A DNA stretch of 48,175 nt from a virus. Taxonomy: Duplodnaviria; Caudoviricetes. The first letter of the stretch is position 1; every line of letters starts with the position of its first letter. The notes under the pieces were generated by a model, which saw only the letters and a program-made list of their open reading frames with translations, did no database searches and was not told where the DNA came from. The translations under genes and the position numbers were made by a program. Shown here in pieces: positions 8,802 to 17,273 of the stretch. The DNA lies in the IMG/VR virus record IMGVR_UViG_3300037149_000276, positions 1-48,175 of that record. One strand, written 5' to 3'.

Positions 8802-9851
8802 CTAGAACCTCAAAGTGACGTTGGGGATTTCACCAGCGACAATCGCCAGCACGATTTTTCGGGCCTGATCTTCGGCCACATCGAGGGCCATGATCGCTTC
8901 TTTCGACGCCTTCATGACCTGGCCTCGGTGCGCCTTGTCTGCGTCGCGGGCAGCCTGCTCATCAGCGAGGCGCTTTTCTTCCGCGATCCGGTCACGCTCC
9001 GCTTTGGCATGGGCATCGATGACCGCCTGTTTTTCGGCCTCCAGTGCCGCCAGCTTGCGGGCCGCCTCAGCCTCAGCATCTGCGCGGGCCTTTTCGGCGG
9101 CGCGCTCTGCAGCGGCAAGCTTGTCGGCTTCAACCTGCGCGGCGCGTTCAATGGCCAAGCGGTCCTGTTTGGCCTTTTCCGCCGCCTCTTGCGCTTGGCG
9201 TGTCTTCACAGCTTCGGCAGCTTCACGAGCGGCGGCCTCCGCCTGGCGCTCAGCCTCTGCGGCGCGTAGGCGCTCCAGTTCCGCCCGATCAGCGTCAGCC
9301 TTGCGCTGAGCGTCCTGAGCGGCATTGAGCTTGTCGACCGCGAACCGCTTGGCGGTCATGGCTTGTTCAAGGAACTCACCAAACGTGGCCGTGTCGTAGG
9401 TGATCTTTTCTTCCAGCTCGTGGAAGAGGATCGCGTACGGATAGACCTCACCATCAATGGTGCCGTTGCCGCAGTTCTCTATGTGCTGGAGCATCGCCTT
9501 GATGTAGTCGACGCGATGCTTTTCGGCAGTTTCCCAATCGGTGAGGGGCTTGCGAACTTTCTCTGCGAGGGTTTCAAGCTCGGCCCAAATCTCGCGGCGG
9601 GTAGCATCCACTTTGTTAATTTGGACGCGAGCTTCCTCGTTCAGCTTCTTGCCGGCAGCGTCGATTGCCGTCTTCGTCCTCGTCACCTTGTAGGCGAGCG
9701 AGCTGATTTCCTTGCGGCCCTTGTCGCTGGACAGGTCAGGCGTGAAGGCTTCGGTTTCAGCCTTGATGTAGGCGTAGAATTCCGAATAGGTCTTCGGATC
9801 GATCAGAACGGCAACGGGGTTGTCCGCCACGATGGTTGCAATATCGCTCAT
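8802..9851 (-). CDS. Coiled-coil phage protein of the recombination module
   Basis: DLSSDKGRKEISSLAYKV N-domain, Ala/Glu-rich coil, IPNVTLRF end. Confidence 0.75.
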   Translation of the reverse strand: MSDIATIVADNPVAVLIDPKTYSEFYAYIKAETEAFTPDLSSDKGRKEISSLAYKVTRTKTAIDAAGKKLNEEARVQINKVDATRREIWAELETLAEKVRKPLTDWETAEKHRVDYIKAMLQHIENCGNGTIDGEVYPYAILFHELEEKITYDTATFGEFLEQAMTAKRFAVDKLNAAQDAQRKADADRAELERLRAAEAERQAEAAAREAAEAVKTRQAQEAAEKAKQDRLAIERAAQVEADKLAAAERAAEKARADAEAEAARKLAALEAEKQAVIDAHAKAERDRIAEEKRLADEQAARDADKAHRGQVMKASKEAIMALDVAEDQARKIVLAIVAGEIPNVTLRF

Positions 9852-10627
9852 TTGCCGGCCTCACTCAGCTTGCGTGCGAGTTTGATGTTCAGGCTGCGCA
9901 CGGCGCTGTCGTAGTCAGCGACGCGCAGTTGGGGCAGGGCATCGACCTTGAACGTCTCGCAGAACCTGGCGATGTCGGTGTCGGTGCGCTCGATCAGATC
10001 GCGAACCGCCTCCACCTGCTCAGGCTTGAGCAGATCGGTCGCCTTCTGCGCGTGCTTCGCCCCATCGTCGTCGTTGCTGGCGGCGAGGCCAAGCGCGGCC
10101 TTGAGGGTGTAGCGCTGCAGATAGGTGATCGTGCTGCCGACCGCCTGAATGCTGTTCTTGTTGCCGGACTGGTCCTCGTCCGCGGTCAGCGGGTACTCTT
10201 TGGCATAGCCGCCTTCATGCGACATGATGCAGGTCACCGTGACCTTGTTCCCGACCTGCCCTGGCACAAACTCATAGGAAAGCCCGTGCTTCGACAGGAT
10301 CGGGTCGATGGTTTCTATGATCTCCGCCAAGTCCTCGTGGCGATAGTGCGTGCGCCCCTTGGAAGAGCTAAAATCCACGAGCCTGTTCTTGGCGATGGGC
10401 GGGATCTCGCCCTTGGCGGCGGAGCGAGCGGCGACGAACGCCTTGCGCGCCTCATCCTGCGCAATCTCCTGCACCATGTCCTTGATTTCGCGGATCACCT
10501 CGATGGGCTGCCCCGACCGGATCGCATCCGACAGCATCGCCAGCAGGGGATTTGTGGGAGGCGGCGATGGCACACCGAAGGGCGTCGGCTGCCCCGGCTC
10601 GCGTTCTGCTACTGCGACACTGGTCAT
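9848..10627 (-). CDS. erf: ERF family single-strand annealing recombinase
   Basis: Q.VGSTITYLQRYTLKAALGLA..DDDG ERF signature. Confidence 0.92.
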   Translation of the reverse strand: MTSVAVAEREPGQPTPFGVPSPPPTNPLLAMLSDAIRSGQPIEVIREIKDMVQEIAQDEARKAFVAARSAAKGEIPPIAKNRLVDFSSSKGRTHYRHEDLAEIIETIDPILSKHGLSYEFVPGQVGNKVTVTCIMSHEGGYAKEYPLTADEDQSGNKNSIQAVGSTITYLQRYTLKAALGLAASNDDDGAKHAQKATDLLKPEQVEAVRDLIERTDTDIARFCETFKVDALPQLRVADYDSAVRSLNIKLARKLSEAGK

Positions 10628-10797
10628 TTCCAATTGCTCCGGATGAGTTCTTCACGCCCGTCCGCATGACGCAGGACGAGAACCTTGACCCAGGTATTGG
10701 GCCGATCGGGGAGGATGGTGGTCTTCTCGCGGATGACGGCGGCGGGCTGGCGCACGGCGACATCGCGGATGAGGTCGGAGAGGGCGAGCGTGGTCAT
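10624..10797 (-). CDS. 57-aa protein missed by the ORF track (MTTLALSDLIRDVAVRQ...RSNWK)
   Basis: Hand translation; ATGA overlaps with both neighbours. Confidence 0.7.
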   Translation of the reverse strand: MTTLALSDLIRDVAVRQPAAVIREKTTILPDRPNTWVKVLVLRHADGREELIRSNWK

Positions 10798-11183
10798 TCC
10801 GCCGCCACCTTCTGATGCGTGATGATGTTCTCGCTGAGCTTCTTCATCGTCTCGGTGAGAGGGTTGATGAAGGCAACCTCGATGCCGTTCGCGCGGCCGA
10901 TCTCGATGGCATTACCGACTGCGCCCATAAACTCGCGCATCTTGGCTTCTTCGGGCGAAGGCATGGAGGCGACGAACGTCTCGGCCTTTTCGAACGCTTC
11001 AGCCAGGGTTTCAGCTCGGAGGATTTCGTACTTCCGCGTTCGAAACTCTCGCCCCCACGACATATGAACGCAGGGCTGTTCGTTGGCGTGGACCATGACG
11101 GTCGCCTCCGGCTGAGGAAGCGCCTTCGCCAGCATCAGCTTGGCAAGCGCATCGACGCGGCTCTGAATTTCGGTGATGTCCAT
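10794..11183 (-). CDS. Hypothetical protein
   Basis: GAGGAG RBS, coupled. Confidence 0.75.
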   Translation of the reverse strand: MDITEIQSRVDALAKLMLAKALPQPEATVMVHANEQPCVHMSWGREFRTRKYEILRAETLAEAFEKAETFVASMPSPEEAKMREFMGAVGNAIEIGRANGIEVAFINPLTETMKKLSENIITHQKVAAE

Positions 11184-11605
11184 CAAATCGTCTCCTCGTG
11201 GAGTGAAACAGTGGATGCCGCGACCCGCGCCAGACAGGCGTCACAGTTTGCGGCGGCGATGTCGGAGGCTTCGGCGAGGCGGCGCAGCACTTCGGCGGCG
11301 CGGGCTTGGACGGCGCCACGCAATTCCCTGCGAACGGCGTTCCGGTTGTGATCGAGTTGGCCGATGCGCGCCCGGATCAGATTGCCGATGCGCGCCTCGC
11401 GAGCGCTGTGAGCCGAGCCGAGCAGGCTGAACACGATGCGACCGCCAGCAGTGCCATCGGCGAGGCGAACGTCCATCGCTGCTTTGGCCGCGCGAAGGGC
11501 ACTCAGCCGAGGGTCGGCAGCGAGGCGGGCGTCACGGCTACGGGCGGCAGTTCCAATGGCGTCGATCTTGGCGAGAGCGTCGGTGAGGATCATGTAGGTG
11601 GTCAT
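11183..11605 (-). CDS. Hypothetical Ala/Arg-rich protein
   Basis: Start reassigned to ATG 11605 after AAAGGA. Confidence 0.7.
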   Translation of the reverse strand: MTTYMILTDALAKIDAIGTAARSRDARLAADPRLSALRAAKAAMDVRLADGTAGGRIVFSLLGSAHSAREARIGNLIRARIGQLDHNRNAVRRELRGAVQARAAEVLRRLAEASDIAAANCDACLARVAASTVSLHEETI

Positions 11606-11626
11606 GGTCTCGTCCTTTCGGATCGG

Positions 11627-11678
11627 TTGAGCCTTCTGTGCTGCCGGTCGGTGAGGATCGGCAGGGCGCAAAGCTCAG
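11627..11678 (-). repeat. 52-nt intergenic hairpin element, divergent copy
   Basis: Same 14-9-6-9-14 layout, NUCACN loop and CACAGAAGGCT 3' flank as copies at 12344 and 12679. Confidence 0.7.
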
Positions 11679-12331
11679 GCGGCTTCGGGGATCGTGTCGG
11701 AAGACAGCGCGAACCATTCTTCGGCCCACTTAAGAGCCTCTCCAGATGCAAAGCCGCCGCCTGTATCGTCGCCGGGTTTGTCGCCTTCCTTGATCATCAG
11801 GAACCACTGTTCGGCGGGGCGGCTACTGTCGGTTCCTGTCGGCAGGGTGTCGACATCAACACCGCGGGCATTGGCGATCGTGCCGACGAGGCAGGCGCAC
11901 TCGCCATGGTAGGTTGAACCGTCGACGCGGCCTTCCTTGAGGGCGAGAATCAAGGCCGGCACCTCGCGCGGGTTCTCCGTGAGGATCATCCAGAAGTCGG
12001 CTTTGAAGGACCGCAGGTCGGCATCGCGCAGGACGGCATGGCTCAGGTCGGCACCGCGCAGGTCGGCATGGCGCAGGTCGGCATCGCGCAGGACGGCATG
12101 GCTCAGGTCGGCACCGCGCAGGTCGGCATGGCGCAGGTCGGCACCGCTCAGGTCGGCACCGCTCAGGTCGGCATGGCGCAGGTCGGCACCGCTCAGGTCG
12201 GCACCGCTATTCCTTGCCCACGCCACCGACAGCCCGAGCTTGATGCTCATCGGGGCGTCTTCTGCGCAGTCGATCTCGGCCGTGAACTGGACCTTGCCGG
12301 ACCAGCGGTTGAGTACGTCGAGCCTGATCAT
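11675..12331 (-). CDS. Pentapeptide repeat protein with C-terminal globular domain
   Basis: 13 A(D/V)L(S/R)x repeats; C-domain [17 protein letters not shown]. Confidence 0.93.
   Translation of the reverse strand: MIRLDVLNRWSGKVQFTAEIDCAEDAPMSIKLGLSVAWARNSGADLSGADLRHADLSGADLSGADLRHADLRGADLSHAVLRDADLRHADLRGADLSHAVLRDADLRSFKADFWMILTENPREVPALILALKEGRVDGSTYHGECACLVGTIANARGVDVDTLPTGTDSSRPAEQWFLMIKEGDKPGDDTGGGFASGEALKWAEEWFALSSDTIPEAA
12012..12208. repeat. 15-bp-unit coding tandem repeat with an exact 60-bp higher-order duplication
   Basis: caggtcggca-based units; 12012-12071 repeated at 12072-12131. Confidence 0.9.
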
Positions 12332-12343
12332 TGAAATCTCCTT

Positions 12344-12395
12344 CCAAGCCTTCTGTGAGCCGCCCCAGTGATGAGGCGGCTGGCAGAGGGTTCAG
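12344..12395 (-). repeat. 52-nt intergenic hairpin element
   Basis: 51/52 identical to 12679-12730. Confidence 0.92.
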
Positions 12396-12676
12396 GCGGC
12401 TTTCCTGGGAGGGCTGAGGAAGTCGGGCGGGATCCCGTAGTCGCCAAGCCCAAGGCGAGCGGCGAGGACGCCCCCCAGCATGGCGGTGTGCCACTTTGAC
12501 GTATTGTTCTCGACGCGACCCATGGTCGTCGCGAGCGAGCGTTGGGCTGCACCCTCGCCTTGCCCGGGGCGGCGCACGCTGTCCGGGAACTGGCCGGGGC
12601 GGGACTTCATGTACGCGGCGGTGGCGGAGTCTTTCTGTTTCCGTTCGGAAGCGCCCATTTTCATCTCCAGTGTCAT
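12392..12676 (-). CDS. Hypothetical protein bracketed by 52-bp repeats (start 12676 or 12664)
   Basis: ORF fills the space between the repeats. Confidence 0.55.
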   Translation of the reverse strand: MTLEMKMGASERKQKDSATAAYMKSRPGQFPDSVRRPGQGEGAAQRSLATTMGRVENNTSKWHTAMLGGVLAARLGLGDYGIPPDFLSPPRKAA

Positions 12677-12678
12677 GG

Positions 12679-12730
12679 CCAAGCATTCTGTGAGCCGCCC
12701 CAGTGATGAGGCGGCTGGCAGAGGGTTCAG
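12679..12730 (-). repeat. 52-nt intergenic hairpin element
   Basis: 51/52 identical to 12344-12395. Confidence 0.92.
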
Positions 12731-12963
12731 TTCTGGCGGTCGATTTCGTTCAGCGTGGCGAGAGGGCTGATTTGATGGAATACGTCCCGCAGTTCGGAGT
12801 GCTGACCGGGGTTCTTGGCCCAGATCTCACGAGCGCTATCGAGCGCGGCCCGTTCGATACGGCGTTCCTCTGCGCGCTGTGCCGCCGACATTTCGTAGTC
12901 CCAGCCGGCGCGGGCGTAGCTGATATCGGCGAGGTTCTTCTTGAACGTTTCGACGTTGGCCAT
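12727..12963 (-). CDS. First gene of the leftward (PL) operon, hypothetical
   Basis: GGAGAG RBS before ATG 12963, just downstream of PL. Confidence 0.72.
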   Translation of the reverse strand: MANVETFKKNLADISYARAGWDYEMSAAQRAEERRIERAALDSAREIWAKNPGQHSELRDVFHQISPLATLNEIDRQN

Positions 12964-13004
12964 CTGTCTCTCTCCCATTGGCATGTGCCGGTTGATGGGG
13001 AGAG

Positions 13005-13057
13005 ATGTAGCGCTATTCGCTACGAACGGTCAATAGGTGTGTAGCGAAAAAAGCAAC
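13005..13057 (-). promoter_or_regulatory. PL promoter with two 17-bp operators (OL)
   Basis: TTGACC-N17-CTACAT on minus strand; GTAGCGCTATTCGCTAC (13007-13023) and GTAGCGAAAAAAGCAAC (13041-13057). Confidence 0.75.
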
Positions 13058-13155
13058 AAAGTTTGCAACGCCCCGAATCCCTCTGCTATAGAGGGATGGT
13101 CAGCCGATGGGGCTGGGCGCGCAAACTGAGCAGAAAGCAAACCGGAAGGTGACAA

Positions 13156-14001
13156 ATGGAATGGGTCAGCTATTCTGACCTCATGGGGGCACAGCAAGCA
13201 TTTCTGACACTGAAGATCGACACTCACGAGCCCGTCGAGATTGGGGACTTCGTGGGTGCGTTCACGTCATTGGCAAACGAGTTCGAGCGTTTCGTTCGCG
13301 CCGACTACCCAGATGCGAAAGTCGAACCGCGCATGTTCGTCAGAGAAGTGCGCTATGGGTGCATCGAGGCTGACATGATCACTGGCCTGGCGGTGACGCT
13401 CGCCAATGGCGCTGCCCACCTTATGCTTCTTGAGGACTTTGTTCGTCGCTGGGGTGCCAGGTTCAACATGCTGCGAACCGGGAATGTGCCGGATGACCAG
13501 TTGAACACCAGCCCGGAGATGATGGACTGGTTGAAGGCCGTTCGGGCAATCTTAAAGGACCCTGTAGCCTCACATAGGCTATCGGCCACAAGGTTCGTGG
13601 ACGGACAAAAGAAGATTGGCGCGTCGTTCGAGTTCAGCGCAATCGAGGCCCGCGCGGCCGAAGCCAATATTGAGACGCGGCAAGAGCAGTTGGCTAAGCC
13701 AAGCACCGAGGTCAAAGAGCGCGTCCTAATGCGCTTTACTCGGACTGACGTTCACGATGCTACGGTGAACAAACGCACTGGTGAACGGGTGCTCGTTCAG
13801 GAGTTGTCGCTTAAGGACAAGCCGGTGATGTTCCTATCGGAAATGGTGGAGCAAGAAATCCGCGCTGTAATTCGTGAGGCGGATGAAAACGTCTACAAGC
13901 GCGGCTTTGTAGTCGATATTGTGTGCCAGGTCGGCGGCGACAAAATAGTGGCTTATGCAGTGCGCACGCTACATAGCGTCATCGAATTGGATGACGACTA
14001 A
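13156..14001 (+). CDS. Moron of unknown function in the immunity region
   Basis: 281-aa ORF opposite to neighbours, visibly lower GC, candidate promoter TTGCAA-N17-CTATAG at 13063-13091. Confidence 0.85.
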   Translation: MEWVSYSDLMGAQQAFLTLKIDTHEPVEIGDFVGAFTSLANEFERFVRADYPDAKVEPRMFVREVRYGCIEADMITGLAVTLANGAAHLMLLEDFVRRWGARFNMLRTGNVPDDQLNTSPEMMDWLKAVRAILKDPVASHRLSATRFVDGQKKIGASFEFSAIEARAAEANIETRQEQLAKPSTEVKERVLMRFTRTDVHDATVNKRTGERVLVQELSLKDKPVMFLSEMVEQEIRAVIREADENVYKRGFVVDIVCQVGGDKIVAYAVRTLHSVIELDDD

Positions 14002-14174
14002 CCGTCATTCGCCGGCTTCCATCTCACCGCCTCCAGCACCACGTCCACCTCATCCAGATAGCTCATCCACATGGGGCTTGCCTCGTCAGGCTGGCGCGAT
14101 CTCTATTTCCGTAATGGTCGTTTTCGGTGCTGGCTGGCGACGATGCGCGCCGCCGCCGCCATGCCGGGGGCGGA

Positions 14175-14414
14175 CTATTCGGCACCCGGCCGCAAATGCT
14201 GCTCGATTAATTCTCGCGCCGCATCGAAGATATCCGCGATTTCCGGTTGAGTGCCTTGCTGTTCCTCAAGCAGGAGAAGGGCGGTCTCATAGACCTCTCT
14301 GACCTCTTCCTCGGATAGCAGCCCCTTGCGGTGCAGGGCGGAGACCAGCGAGGCGAGGATCGATCCATTCGCCAGTTCGGTTGCTGCTACGGAGTCCAGA
14401 GGGGTCAGGGGCAT
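14175..14414 (-). CDS. Small helical hypothetical protein
   Basis: Amphipathic 79-aa ORF downstream of repressor. Confidence 0.6.
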   Translation of the reverse strand: MPLTPLDSVAATELANGSILASLVSALHRKGLLSEEEVREVYETALLLLEEQQGTQPEIADIFDAARELIEQHLRPGAE

Positions 14415-14494
14415 CTAGCTAATTCCATGCCCGTTGAATCGGCATAGCGCCCGGGCTGCAAGCTCTCGCGGGTCTTTGGGTTTGCGGCCGGGAT

Positions 14495-15223
14495 TCATCT
14501 TCGGGGCCGAGGGGCCATGTCCCGCACAACCCAAAGAACCACAGCCTTCAGGCTCACTTCCTCAGTGTCGTTATCGGCGGATGGATCGAGGTCGATGAAA
14601 AGCTCTTTGTGCACTGGGTTGCTCGATCGCGGGACGAGGCGCATCCCCTTGCGGGCAAACTGCACTTCCTTGATCGTATATTCAAACTCGCTGCCGCCAT
14701 GGCGCGTGCGTTGAACGATCACGTAGTTGTTGTTGTCCAGTTCCCCGACCTTATCGATGTAATCGAGATACGGCGTGGTAACCGCCCACATACCTTCCAG
14801 AATACCCGCCTGGTCCATAGAGTCGCCGCGCACTCGCCACGCAAATTGAGGGATGTCTAGGTAGCCCGGGTGCATAGGCACCGCAGACGGGACCTCGGTG
14901 TGATCGTGATCCTGGTTTAACTCGTCCACAGAAAGCCAATCCCCCGCCCGCACCTCCCCCGCGTAACGGAGAGGCGCAGTTTGCGGTAATGGGATCGGGC
15001 CGGCAAGGGTCGTTGCCGTTTCATCCTTGGCTGGAGGTTGAACGCCAAGGACGTCAGCGGCGCCCAGCAACTCGTCAGCGGCGATCTTTCGGGTTCCCGC
15101 TGCCATCTTGTTGACGGCCGCGCGATCGATCGATCGCCCAAGACGATTGGTAAGCTGTCGCGCCATCTCGGCTTGCGAGATGCCAGCGTGTTTCATGCTC
15201 GTGCGTAGCCAGTCTGACAACAT
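14495..15223 (-). CDS. CI-like repressor (XRE HTH + S24 autopeptidase)
   Basis: ISQAEMARQL HTH; VRAG cleavage site; VRGDSM (Ser) and TIKEV (Lys); divergent from cro. Confidence 0.92.
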   Translation of the reverse strand: MLSDWLRTSMKHAGISQAEMARQLTNRLGRSIDRAAVNKMAAGTRKIAADELLGAADVLGVQPPAKDETATTLAGPIPLPQTAPLRYAGEVRAGDWLSVDELNQDHDHTEVPSAVPMHPGYLDIPQFAWRVRGDSMDQAGILEGMWAVTTPYLDYIDKVGELDNNNYVIVQRTRHGGSEFEYTIKEVQFARKGMRLVPRSSNPVHKELFIDLDPSADNDTEEVSLKAVVLWVVRDMAPRPRR

Positions 15224-15257
15224 GGTGGATTTATAGCGCCAGCCGTTGCCGATGACG

Positions 15258-15311
15258 TGTTCTGAAATCGCTACAGATTCTCTTGCCATACGTAGCGAAC
15301 TTCGCTACAAG
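15258..15311 (+). promoter_or_regulatory. PR promoter with OR operators
   Basis: TTGCCA(15283)-N17-TACAAG; palindrome GTAGCGAACTTCGCTAC 15292-15308; half site TCGCTAC ending 15274. Confidence 0.78.
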
Positions 15312-15317
15312 CCCAGT

Positions 15318-15545
15318 ATGGAACCAGCAGCAAGCATCATCGCAAAACTCGGCGGGGACACTGCCGTAGCTTCCATCGCAGGCGTTCACCGCACCCGCGT
15401 TGCCAATTGGAAGCGGCCAAAAGTTGCCGGTGGCACGGGCGGGATAATCCCCTTTCGGCATCAGGAGTCGCTGCTCGACGCGGCGAAGCTGAAGGGCGTC
15501 GATCTGTCGGCCGATGATTTTCGGCCTGTCCGAGTGGGGGCATGA
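15318..15545 (+). CDS. Cro-like HTH protein
   Basis: IIAKLGGDTAVASIAGVHRTRVANW...GGTGGIIP; divergent from repressor. Confidence 0.85.
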   Translation: MEPAASIIAKLGGDTAVASIAGVHRTRVANWKRPKVAGGTGGIIPFRHQESLLDAAKLKGVDLSADDFRPVRVGA

Positions 15546-15547
15546 TC

Positions 15548-15796
15548 TCAATGCTCGCCCGCCCGAACCACAACTCGCCGCAGGTCCCGGATCAAAGCCC
15601 GCGCAATCTCCGTTGGCATGGCAATGCGGCTGACGATCCGACGCTCGGGCGCGGACCCGTCCTTGACCGTCTCCAACTCGATCCATCCGACGATGCGCAC
15701 GATGCTGGCGCGCACCTCGATCTCGACGCCTTCCACCAGATGGCAGTCGACAACGATCGGCTCGGTCAGCGGCGCGGGCTTGATGATTTCGGCCAT
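15548..15796 (-). CDS. Hypothetical protein, antisense to the PR operon
   Basis: GGAG RBS, protein-like composition, fills gap. Confidence 0.6.
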   Translation of the reverse strand: MAEIIKPAPLTEPIVVDCHLVEGVEIEVRASIVRIVGWIELETVKDGSAPERRIVSRIAMPTEIARALIRDLRRVVVRAGEH

Positions 15797-15832
15797 CAGT
15801 CAGTTTCTCCCATCCGCAAAGGGGGCGTGTGA

Positions 15833-16141
15833 ATGTCCGGCAGCAACATCACCGTAGTGCCGATCGATCTGCAACACAGACCGTCGAATTCCGACGCCGA
15901 TGTGAAGAGCCTCGTTTGGAGACTGGTGGCGGTCGAAGACAAGATTGATGCTGAGAACAAGCTCAAGGCTCTGATCTACGCTGAGGCCAAGGTTTCCGGC
16001 GCTGACATAGGCGCGCTCAAGGCCGCCGTCCGCATTGTCCGCTATCTCCCACAGAGCGATGCCGACAACCTTCCTGGGCTCAGCGAAACCGTCAAATCCT
16101 ACCTCGACATCATCAACTCGAAGCGCCGGGAGGCGAACTGA
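15833..16141 (+). CDS. Divergent GapR/DUF2312-like protein
   Basis: VKSLVWRL...LIYAEAKVSGADIGALKAAVRI aligns by eye with the next gene. Confidence 0.6.
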   Translation: MSGSNITVVPIDLQHRPSNSDADVKSLVWRLVAVEDKIDAENKLKALIYAEAKVSGADIGALKAAVRIVRYLPQSDADNLPGLSETVKSYLDIINSKRREAN

Positions 16142-16957
16142 ATGACCGACTCTGTAGGGAAGGACCAGATCCGCGCCTTCATCGAGCGCATCGAGCGCAT
16201 GGAAGAAGAGAAGAAGGCCATCTCCGACGACATCAAGGAGATCTATGCCGAAGCCAAGGGCAACGGCCTCGATACCAAAGTGCTGCGCACGATCGTTCGG
16301 ATCCGCAAGATGGATCACAACGAGCGCATGGAGCAGGAGGCCATCCTCGAACTTTACATGGTCGCCCTCGGCATGGCCGTTGGGCCGCGCGACGATGGCG
16401 CCGAGGAACCGCCGCGTGGCAATCGGGCCTCCTCGGCGCCCTCGATCACCGAACCTGCCCCGCCCCCGGAGCAGAAGATCGGCAGCAGTGAGCAGGGCGC
16501 TGCCGCTGCTGCCGATAGCAATCCCATTCGGCCGGAAACGGCGAACGTTATCCACGAGAGGGCTTCGATAAACGATGAGGCATCCCCGGAGGCAGGTCCG
16601 CAAGCCGAAGCCTTCCACAGCCAGGGTACAGGGGCCGGGACGCTTGCGGATCGTGAAGCCCGCATTGAAGGGCAGGCGGTTTCGGCCGACCTGCCCGCCA
16701 TTCAGCCGCCAGTAGCCTCGGATCAGCTTGTCGAGGCGAATGCGGCTGCGCAGACGGTGCCGGCATCGAGCCGAGCCCTTACCTCGCCCGTGGAGAGCGA
16801 GCCCGTCGCAATCTCCACACCCATTCCCAAGCAGTGGACCTTCGAGGATCCCCCGCACCCCGGCTGCACAAAGCCGAAGCACTGCGGCGGCTTCTCCAAC
16901 CTCGGGCTGTGCCAGTTCTGCAAGGACGCTGCAGCTCAATCGGAGGCAGTTCAATGA
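16142..16957 (+). CDS. gapR: GapR (DUF2312/UPF0335) domain protein with long disordered linker and C-terminal Cys4 motif
   Basis: [50 protein letters not shown]...[10 protein letters not shown]. Confidence 0.9.
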   Translation: MTDSVGKDQIRAFIERIERMEEEKKAISDDIKEIYAEAKGNGLDTKVLRTIVRIRKMDHNERMEQEAILELYMVALGMAVGPRDDGAEEPPRGNRASSAPSITEPAPPPEQKIGSSEQGAAAAADSNPIRPETANVIHERASINDEASPEAGPQAEAFHSQGTGAGTLADREARIEGQAVSADLPAIQPPVASDQLVEANAAAQTVPASSRALTSPVESEPVAISTPIPKQWTFEDPPHPGCTKPKHCGGFSNLGLCQFCKDAAAQSEAVQ

Positions 16958-17265
16958 GCATTCCATCATGGGCACGGCCGGGTGTGAAGGTCGTGTGCAT
17001 CGATGGTGCTGGAGGTTCTGACGTCACCATCGGCCGCTGGGCGCCACAGGTTGGGAGCGTCTACACGGTGCGCGGCTACTACGTCGGGCCGTGCTGGGAC
17101 CAGATCTACCTCGCTGAATATCGCCACCCCAAGACACATCCTGACGGTTGCGAGATCGGCTGGAGGGCCTCCAATTTCCGCCCTCTCGTCAGCAACAAGC
17201 GCACTGAAGCCGAAGACGTCGCGCTGTTCACTCATCATCTCGAAACCTCGCAGGTGTCGGCATGA
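16954..17265 (+). CDS. Hypothetical protein (SH3-like beta pattern)
   Basis: ATGA overlap; GVKVVCID...VYTVRG...NFRPL. Confidence 0.72.
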   Translation: MSIPSWARPGVKVVCIDGAGGSDVTIGRWAPQVGSVYTVRGYYVGPCWDQIYLAEYRHPKTHPDGCEIGWRASNFRPLVSNKRTEAEDVALFTHHLETSQVSA

Positions 17266-17273
17266 TCTCCCTC

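Noticed and set aside
8802-9851. TolA annotation for the Ala/Glu/Lys-rich protein
   Set aside because: Similarity would be only compositional coiled coil; no TM anchor; lies in the recombination module.
11627-12730. 52-bp repeats as a CRISPR array or classical integron attC sites
   Set aside because: Spacers are whole genes (about 280 and 660 bp), there are no cas genes, no clear RYYYAAC/GTTRRRY ends, and the integrase looks like a phage Int.
13998-14170. Short minus-strand reading MWMSYLDEVDVVLEAVRWKPANDG
   Set aside because: Looks like a decayed gene end, with an in-frame stop shortly upstream; too short to support a call.
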